Source: an uncultured archaeon
GTDB taxonomy: Archaea > Asgardarchaeota > Thorarchaeia > Thorarchaeales > Thorarchaeaceae
Reading direction: 5' to 3'
Assembly (NCBI GenBank): GCA_964354495.1
Contig: CAYHAA010000005.1
Span: forward strand, 60,001 to 92,000
Length of the DNA stretch: 32,000 nt
The notes beneath the pieces were generated by a model that saw nothing but the letters and a program-made list of their open reading frames with translations, was not told the origin of the DNA and did not search any database. Below, one piece after another: positions 25,458-32,000 of the stretch (position 1 is its first letter; each line of letters starts with the position of its first letter). A program made the translations under genes and the position numbers.

Positions 25458-26966
25458 CTAGACCCCTGAGTGAAACGCTCTCTTCTCTTCTTTGCAGAGA
25501 AGCTGAATGACATTCCGACCTGAATAGATACAGCCAGGTACGCCACCGCCAGGAAGAATCCATTGCCCTGCCATATAGAAATCGTTCAGGCCTGGTAGTC
25601 TTCGGGGTAGCCGCGTCATGAGTGTTTCCTTGGTCATCAACCAACCCATGGGGGAGCCCTGATGATTCAAGGTGTATCGCCATGTCGTTATCGGTGTGGC
25701 AACATCTACCATTTCTATCTGGGACCTCATTCCAGGATATACAGTTTCAAGTTGCTGAATGATCATCTCTGCCACATGTTGTTTCTCCGCATCATAGGAG
25801 TCCTTGTCTCTGTGGAGTCTGTCCCAATAGCCCCAGTCTGTTTCCAACATAACCTGAATCACTGATTTTCCAGACGGAGCGAATGCGTCACTGTAATTGA
25901 ATACTCTAAGTGGCAGAAACTTGATGGTTCTCTGTCCGAGCATGAAGGAATCCTTCAGCACAAACATGTTCAGAGGAGCAGCATGCTCGAATGTACGGGC
26001 TACTCCCAGACTGACAACAACAGATGGTTCATATTGCTTCCATGTGTTGTATACCTTCTTTATGCGGTCGTCAACGTATCTCCCGCCAAGTAGTCCGAAT
26101 ATCGTATTTCTTCCGTCAGCAGCGGAAACAACCACATCTGCTCTTTGTTGGCTTCCATCCCTGAGAAGCACTCCAACAGCTCTGTCATCTTCGACCAGTA
26201 TCTTATCGACAGTGGCGTTGTATCGAATCTTGCCTCCCAAATCCTTGTACTTTTGCTCAATGGGAAGGACAAATCCGGGGCAGCCTCTCTTCAGAAGTCC
26301 GAGCTGACCAGCACCAACTGTTGCCAGAATCATGATGACAAACCAGATTGGGCCATCCGGAGAGAACAGGTTCTCAAATATGGTTCTCAAGTACTGACTA
26401 TGGAAATTCTTCGCGAACTCTGCTGCCGGCCGGCTGTACTTGCCATAGAAATATTTCATGAATCCGCGCATCTGCCACATCTCTTTCAGAGAATCGAATC
26501 GGCCCTTTAATTCAGGAGGGGCTGCACTCATCCCCAGGTCAGTGAGTAGTGGCGAGCCCTTCATCCAATCTACTTCTCTCAAGAACTGCCGTATCTCTTT
26601 TTCATCCTCAGGGGAAATGGCAATCAGGTCACGTTCAAGCTGCTGTAGATCTGAAGTGAAGTTCACCTCTCTCTCACCAGTGTCATCGACAAAACGCAGA
26701 TAGTTCATCATATCGACAGTTGACTCAGGCACATCGACTCCAATCTCTCTGTAGACATCATAGATTGGACTAGGGGGCTTATGAGCAATCAGGAAATGTA
26801 TCCCGCCATCTATCAGATACTCTCCTCGTCTCCAAGCAGCTGCTAGACCTCCAGGTTTCGAGTGGTGTTCCACAATACTGCTATCATATCCGTTCATCTG
26901 AGCATAGATTCCCGTTGAAAGGCCGGCCAGACCAGCTCCAATGATGATAATGGATCTTTTTTTCAA
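25458..26966 (-). CDS. Phytoene desaturase family (COG1233) FAD-dependent oxidoreductase
   Basis: Contains IIIIGAGLAGLSTG, PGGLAAAWRRGEYLIDGGIH, DVATPITTWRY and FYMAGQWILPGGGVP. TTG start after GAGGAG. Confidence 0.85.
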   Translation of the reverse strand: MKKRSIIIIGAGLAGLSTGIYAQMNGYDSSIVEHHSKPGGLAAAWRRGEYLIDGGIHFLIAHKPPSPIYDVYREIGVDVPESTVDMMNYLRFVDDTGEREVNFTSDLQQLERDLIAISPEDEKEIRQFLREVDWMKGSPLLTDLGMSAAPPELKGRFDSLKEMWQMRGFMKYFYGKYSRPAAEFAKNFHSQYLRTIFENLFSPDGPIWFVIMILATVGAGQLGLLKRGCPGFVLPIEQKYKDLGGKIRYNATVDKILVEDDRAVGVLLRDGSQQRADVVVSAADGRNTIFGLLGGRYVDDRIKKVYNTWKQYEPSVVVSLGVARTFEHAAPLNMFVLKDSFMLGQRTIKFLPLRVFNYSDAFAPSGKSVIQVMLETDWGYWDRLHRDKDSYDAEKQHVAEMIIQQLETVYPGMRSQIEMVDVATPITTWRYTLNHQGSPMGWLMTKETLMTRLPRRLPGLNDFYMAGQWILPGGGVPGCIYSGRNVIQLLCKEEKRAFHSGV

Positions 26967-26967
26967 T

Positions 26968-27465
26968 TCAGATTAGCTCCTCGGTATCCTCAGATATTGC
27001 CTCAAGCAAGTCTTCTACTGCTCTATTCCATACTCGAGCTACACTGATCTGATAGGTGATGGCTCTCTCAAGATCTGAATCTCCCCTCTGATCTCGTGAC
27101 GCAAGGCTCTCCATCTTCATCATGTATTCCTGATTCACGACTGTCAACTGCCGCAACATTGAAGCCACTAGACTTGAAGAAGAGAGAAGGCGATACTTAT
27201 AACCCATCTTTCGCGAACCCGCCTTCTCGACAACACCGTAAATCTCCAGCATTTTGAGAGCTCGATTCACTGACGATATTGATGTAGGATACTTGGAAGC
27301 CGGGAACAGCTCGCGCAGACGGTCTGCAATTCCTCTCTGGGACCATTCTCGAGGTTCCAGAAGAAGCAATCCTTCAATCCAGCCGCAGTAGTCAGGGTAT
27401 CCGTACTTCTCGTATGCTTCGCCCATCGCATGCAGGAATTCAGTCCGCAGACTATCAGATTTCAT
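26968..27465 (-). CDS. GbsR/MarR family transcriptional regulator
   Basis: Contains FLHAMGEAYEKYGYP..CGWIEGLLLL, a wHTH segment (SISSVNRALKMLEIYGVVEK) and GSRKMGY. ATG at 27465 preferred (the ORF is open to 27582). It ends 1 bp before the oxidoreductase start. Confidence 0.75.
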   Translation of the reverse strand: MKSDSLRTEFLHAMGEAYEKYGYPDYCGWIEGLLLLEPREWSQRGIADRLRELFPASKYPTSISSVNRALKMLEIYGVVEKAGSRKMGYKYRLLSSSSLVASMLRQLTVVNQEYMMKMESLASRDQRGDSDLERAITYQISVARVWNRAVEDLLEAISEDTEELI

Positions 27466-27481
27466 CTTGAGTCCCAGATTT

Positions 27482-27535
27482 AGAATATCTTTCATATGAA
27501 TATAGGTATTTCGATATTCTGAAATTATGAAATTA
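27482..27535 (-). promoter_or_regulatory. AT-rich promoter region with palindromes upstream of the GbsR-like gene
   Basis: Perfect palindrome TTCATATGAA (27491-27500), inverted repeat AGAATATC/GATATTCT (27482/27513), ATTTC-N8-GAAAT (27508-27525) and tandem TGAAATTA x2 (27520-27535). Confidence 0.4.
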
Positions 27536-27678
27536 AATACTGGCTGCAAAGAACCTAATGCGCTATACGATAGCTGAAGCATCAGGGGTCAGTAGAGGTC
27601 TGCATGGATGCAGCTTGATGGGGAGAAGAGATTCGTGCAGCCTTCGTTGTACGACTCACGCTGGCCTCTTGAGTATCT

Positions 27679-28692
27679 CTAACAGTGTTTCAGGATATTA
27701 TTGGCATGAATTTGAGCAGCAATCGCATCATCAAGAGTGCAGACTGGCTTCTCCTTGTCCAGACAGACATTGATGAAATGCTGGGCCAGTTGCTTGTGAC
27801 CCCAGACCTCCGGGCCTTTCGATCGGAGTTCCCAGACTCTAGGTTCACCTGCTCCACCTATCAGTTTGACTATGTTGTTCCAATAGCAGTAAATGGCCTT
27901 TCCATTGCTGCCAAAAACCTCAAACCTGCTTTCACCCATGCCCTCGGCAACACTTGATCCCAGCTGTATTGTACCCACGACACCATTCTTGAGCTTGATG
28001 ATGCCCACTGTCTGGTATCCTCTGAAATCACTAATTCCTTCGATTTCCATATAGTTTGGATACCATTCGGTCGCCTCAATTTCCGTCTTAAAGAACCACC
28101 TGAACATGTCTAATGACCATACCGAGAGCGTATAATCTGGGAAGCCACCTGCCCTCTCAATATCCCAAGCCCATGAATCCTGCGGCCATTGAGCCGCAAG
28201 ATCCTTTGCTGCAATGAATTCCCTGAATGTCAAGCACATGGGCCTGCCGATTGCACCCTGCTCCAAGAGCTCCTTGGCCTTTACGTAGTTGGGAGTGAAA
28301 CGAAAGTTGAGTACGGGCATAACGACCACGCCTGCATTGCTTGCCATCTCTTTGAGTTTCTTTATGTCATCGATATTCGGAGTCACTGGCATCTCCAGAT
28401 AGACGTGTTTGCAGGCCCTTATTGCCTTCTCAGCGAATTCGAAGTGAAGTGGGGTAGGTACGGCTATGCAAACACCATCTATTCTCCTATGCTTCAGAGC
28501 CTTGTCATAGTCATAGAAGATCTCAATGCCATGTTTCTCCTGTTGCCTCTTAGCGTACACTTCGCTCTCCCGGCCTTTACGAGCAACCACACCGACTAGT
28601 CTTGATCCATCAACCTTTCTGAATGACGGAACATGAGCAGCCCCTCCAACGAAACCGACTCCAACGCAGAGCATTCCTATTTGCTTTGTCAA
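27679..28692 (-). CDS. Gfo/Idh/MocA family oxidoreductase
   Basis: Contains GVGFVGGAAH, IDGVCIAVPTPLH, KHVYLEMPV, NFRFTPNY and LLEQGAIG. TTG start. Confidence 0.9.
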   Translation of the reverse strand: MTKQIGMLCVGVGFVGGAAHVPSFRKVDGSRLVGVVARKGRESEVYAKRQQEKHGIEIFYDYDKALKHRRIDGVCIAVPTPLHFEFAEKAIRACKHVYLEMPVTPNIDDIKKLKEMASNAGVVVMPVLNFRFTPNYVKAKELLEQGAIGRPMCLTFREFIAAKDLAAQWPQDSWAWDIERAGGFPDYTLSVWSLDMFRWFFKTEIEATEWYPNYMEIEGISDFRGYQTVGIIKLKNGVVGTIQLGSSVAEGMGESRFEVFGSNGKAIYCYWNNIVKLIGGAGEPRVWELRSKGPEVWGHKQLAQHFINVCLDKEKPVCTLDDAIAAQIHANNILKHC

Positions 28693-28940
28693 ATCCTTTA
28701 GCCACCGAATTCGCTTGTGAATGAAATGTGCAGGTTACGATTTCAGACCTATGTCCATCTGGTCAAGTTGGTCCGTGATTTAACTCTTCTTTCAAATGAC
28801 GAGGATAGCAGTGAATCAGTGCTGTGAGTGTAAATTAGGGAGTGAAACCTGATTCAAAAGATGGTTTCCTCATCAAATGTATCCCGAAACGCTCAAATCA
28901 TTCTGAGCCTAGTGTTTACATCGGCATGGTGGAGTACTAG

Positions 28941-30830
28941 ATGGCCGTCAAAGAGGAATGGACCGAAAAGTACAAGGACAAAGTTGTTTCAGCCAAGGTT
29001 GCCATATCAAAGATCCGAAGAGGAACACGCATTCTTCTCGGGACAGGTTGTGGAGTTCCTTACCACCTCGTTCAAGAACTAAGCAAGAATGCCCGCGAGA
29101 TGGCGGACAATGAAATAGTACACTTGCTCACAATTGGGAACACGCCATCAGCAGACCCCGAGTTCCAAACTCAATTTAGGCACAATACTTTCTTTGTTTC
29201 TGACAACATTCGTAGTGCGGTCGCTGAAGGCCGGGCAGACTATACACCGGCGCCTCTCTCTGATATTCCTTTCCTGTTTAGAACAAAGAGAATACCACTG
29301 GATGTGGCGCTGATACAGGTGAGTCCACCCGACGAGTTTGGTTATTGTTCCTTGGGCATTTCAGTTGATATTACAAAATCGGGAGTAGAATATGCAGATC
29401 TGGTGATTGCCCAAGTTAACGAGCGCATGCCCGTGACCTATGGTGACTCATTCATTCATGTGAAGGAATTCGACTATCTTGTGCCCTTCACAGAGCCGCT
29501 GCGTGAGTTCAACACACCAGAAGTGAGCGAGCGGAAGAACCGAATTGGGGAATATGCTGCGAAACTCATTGAGAATGAGTCAACCATCGAAGTAGGAATT
29601 GGCACAATAGCAAAAGCTGTCACAAAGAATCTAATCAACTCTGGAGTTCAAGACTTAGGTATTCATACTGAAACCTTCAGTGACAGTATCATCGACTTGA
29701 TTGAAAGTGGTGTGGTAACAAACCAGAAGAAGAGTATTAACAAGGGCAAGGTGACAGCTAGCTTCGCGATGGGCACCAAGAAGCTCTATGATTTTGTGAA
29801 TAGTAACCCGCTATTCGAGTTCAGGGAGACTTCTTACGTTAATGATCCAGCCGTGATTTGCCAGAATCGAAAGATGGTTGCAATCAACTCTGCTCTGGAG
29901 GTTGACCTGACCGGGCAGGTATGCTCTGACTCAATCGGGCACGCCTTCTATAGCGGTATTGGAGGACAAGTCGACTTCATACGGGGGGCATCGAGGTCCG
30001 AGGGAGGAAAATCAATCATCTGTGTCAAGTCCACTGCACTGCAGGGGACTGTATCAAAGATTGTGGCCCACCTGAGCGAGGGTGCAGGTGTGGTCACAAC
30101 GAGGGGAGACGTGGACGTGATAATCACGGAATATGGGCACGCTTCGCTTCGAGGGAAGACCATACGCGAGAGAGTACTGTCTCTCATCGCAATCGCGCAC
30201 CCGGACTTCAGGAATGGATTACTTGAAGCAGCCAAAGAGATGAAATACGTATTCGAGGATCAGGTTCCATTCCTTGCCAGAGGCACCTACTTTCCGATTG
30301 AATACGAAGCTATCACTGAGGCCCAAATGCCAGATGGGCCGATCAGTGTTCGCGTTCGGTTGATCCGACCCGACGACAGTGACCGTATCAAGGACCTCTT
30401 CTACGGTCTCAGTGATGACTCGATTTTCTTCAGATTCTTGACGCCGCTGAGAAGTCTTAGACGGCAGACACTGCAGGATTTCTATCGAGTCGACCAAGAA
30501 TCAGATATCTCCCTTGTCGCAGTGGCAGAAAATGGAGGAGAGGGAGAACGCGAGAAAATCGTTGGCGCGGGAAGATATCTACTGAATAGAAGCAAGAATC
30601 AAGCCGAGTTTGCATTGCTCATTAAAGACGAGTACCAGGGCCGAGGTATTGGTACATTTGTTCTGAATCAGATGATGCGTATTGCAAAAAGCAAGGGAGT
30701 CAATGCATTCATTGCATATGTTCATCCAAAGAATGTTGCTATGATCAATTTCATACACCGAACGGGAAAGCTAATCGAGAGCCGACTAAGCATCGAAGAT
30801 AATCAATACACATTCACCCTAAGACTGTAG
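28941..30830 (+). CDS. Acetyl-CoA hydrolase/family I CoA-transferase (4-hydroxybutyrate CoA-transferase-like) fused to a C-terminal GNAT domain
   Basis: Contains PLDVALIQVSPPDEFGYCSLG, LGIHTE (catalytic Glu position), INSALEVDLTGQV, GIGGQVDF and ITEYG. The GNAT part has VRLIRPDD...FFRF, AEFALLIKDEYQGRGIGT and NVAMI. Confidence 0.9.
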   Translation: MAVKEEWTEKYKDKVVSAKVAISKIRRGTRILLGTGCGVPYHLVQELSKNAREMADNEIVHLLTIGNTPSADPEFQTQFRHNTFFVSDNIRSAVAEGRADYTPAPLSDIPFLFRTKRIPLDVALIQVSPPDEFGYCSLGISVDITKSGVEYADLVIAQVNERMPVTYGDSFIHVKEFDYLVPFTEPLREFNTPEVSERKNRIGEYAAKLIENESTIEVGIGTIAKAVTKNLINSGVQDLGIHTETFSDSIIDLIESGVVTNQKKSINKGKVTASFAMGTKKLYDFVNSNPLFEFRETSYVNDPAVICQNRKMVAINSALEVDLTGQVCSDSIGHAFYSGIGGQVDFIRGASRSEGGKSIICVKSTALQGTVSKIVAHLSEGAGVVTTRGDVDVIITEYGHASLRGKTIRERVLSLIAIAHPDFRNGLLEAAKEMKYVFEDQVPFLARGTYFPIEYEAITEAQMPDGPISVRVRLIRPDDSDRIKDLFYGLSDDSIFFRFLTPLRSLRRQTLQDFYRVDQESDISLVAVAENGGEGEREKIVGAGRYLLNRSKNQAEFALLIKDEYQGRGIGTFVLNQMMRIAKSKGVNAFIAYVHPKNVAMINFIHRTGKLIESRLSIEDNQYTFTLRL

Positions 30831-30969
30831 ACATTGCCCCTGAACCGATTGGCCGACAATGACCACTCAAGAAACACGCCGCAATAGCGATTGGTTGAAA
30901 TGGACAACGCATTCCAAAATGAAGCTCAGTGAAGCGATTTCGACAATATCAATCTAGGTGGTGAACTGA

Positions 30970-32000
30970 TTGGAGTTCCCTGTACATGACACGCTCTCTG
31001 ATGAGAGTCTGAAGAAGGGATTAGATGCCGTTGTGAGAGATGGCATCACATCCCAAATCAAGATGACCTTGACAGAGAGCATATTCCTGATTGCCTTCGC
31101 AGTGGCCCTGGGTGCCTCCAATGCGGTGATCGGACTCATCGCCGCAATCCCTCCTCTTGCACAGTTACTCCAGATACCATCAATCGTACTCATAGAAAGA
31201 ACCAGGATCCGCCGAAGAATCTGCGTGCTTTTCTCAGCAGTCAGCCGTCTATCAATAATGGCCATGGTTCTCATTCCCTTTGTCACACCAGGGATTCCAG
31301 GCATTCTACTATTGTTGTTCGGAGTGACGTCTCATGCTGTATTCAATGCTGTGACAGCCGCCGCATGGAACTCATGGATGAAAGACCTCATCCCTCAGGA
31401 GATACTAGGTCGATTCTTCTCAAAGCGGCTAGCTGTCCAAGCACTCGTGGGTATTCTCACCACTCTTGGCGGAGGTGTTCTAATCGACCAATGGTTACGC
31501 AATGAACCGGCATCTCTCGCGCCATACTCGATTGTTTTCTTTGTTGGTATGGTAGCAGGCATGATTGGCGTCTACTTCATCTACACAATCCCTGAGCCTC
31601 GCATGATAATCGAATCCCTCAATCAGAAGTTCTTGGACACTCTTCGACGGCCATTTCAGAATGAAGATTTCCGTAAACTGATGATGTTCTCAGCCGCTTG
31701 GAGTTTTGCAGTCACACTTGCGGGTCCATTCTTCACAGTGTATCTTCTAGAGGTACTTGGATACGAACTATCAATTGTGACTGGACTGGCTGTCTTATCA
31801 CAGGTTACTAGTATGCTCTTCTACCAGTGGTGGGGGCGTCTCTCTGATAGGTTCAGCAACAAATCAGTATTGCGTGTGACAACTCCAATCTATGTTGTAG
31901 GAATGCTTCTTTGGACTTTCACGACAGTGCCTGGAATTCACATGCTTACCCTGCCTCTTCTGATACTGATTCACGTGATGCTGGGTCTATCAGCGGCTGC
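30970..32000 (+). CDS. MFS transporter (3' end truncated by the window)
   Basis: Not in the ORF track. From the TTG at 30970 (after GGTGGTGA) the frame reads LEFPVHDTLSDESLKKGLDAVVRDGITSQ...LGASNAVIGLIAAIP...WNSWMKDLIPQEILGRFF...WWGRLSDRFSNK and is open to the end. Confidence 0.85.
   Translation, partial: MEFPVHDTLSDESLKKGLDAVVRDGITSQIKMTLTESIFLIAFAVALGASNAVIGLIAAIPPLAQLLQIPSIVLIERTRIRRRICVLFSAVSRLSIMAMVLIPFVTPGIPGILLLLFGVTSHAVFNAVTAAAWNSWMKDLIPQEILGRFFSKRLAVQALVGILTTLGGGVLIDQWLRNEPASLAPYSIVFFVGMVAGMIGVYFIYTIPEPRMIIESLNQKFLDTLRRPFQNEDFRKLMMFSAAWSFAVTLAGPFFTVYLLEVLGYELSIVTGLAVLSQVTSMLFYQWWGRLSDRFSNKSVLRVTTPIYVVGMLLWTFTTVPGIHMLTLPLLILIHVMLGLSAA

Noticed and set aside
27600-27613. Short inverted repeats CTGCAT-GG-ATGCAG, also GGCTT-AA-AAGCC (5483-5494) and CCTCA-N6-TGAGG (8612-8627)
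   Set aside because: Arms of 5-6 bp are expected by chance in 32 kb, and nothing else supports them.
1-32000. tRNA, rRNA, CRISPR array, transposase or integrase
   Set aside because: GTTCGAA-like strings (near 728 and 1987) lie inside coding regions without a cloverleaf. I saw no regularly spaced repeats and no mobile-element ORFs.

Overview
This is a gene-dense archaeal chromosomal segment, most likely from an Asgard archaeon. A gelsolin-domain gene, a Roadblock/LC7 gene and a longin-like gene support this; Thorarchaeia is a guess. From left to right it contains: (i) a minus-strand run of a glycyl-radical enzyme (GRE, not a true PFL), its activase, a tandem split-barrel flavin-binding protein, a GNAT and a truncated COG2150-type regulator; (ii) a small membrane protein and a surface glycoprotein with six Ig-like repeats; (iii) a GNAT and a ThiR-type regulator divergent from thiBPQ, with a clear palindromic operator candidate; (iv) a cluster of eukaryotic-signature genes: 1DGelX-type gelsolin with a Pro-rich linker, Roadblock and longin-like; (v) a tightly coupled seven-gene operon (PadR, FixC-like, FixX, FAD subunit, GlcF/HdrD-like Fe-S protein, second FAD subunit, CrtC/lipocalin-like protein) with a 28-bp palindrome at its promoter; (vi) a membrane protein, an ArsB/SLC13-type permease, a GbsR/MarR regulator with a phytoene-desaturase-family oxidoreductase, a Gfo/Idh/MocA oxidoreductase, a CoA-transferase-GNAT fusion and a truncated MFS transporter. 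I saw no tRNA, rRNA, CRISPR array or mobile element. All calls come from motif recognition by eye; no database searches were run.
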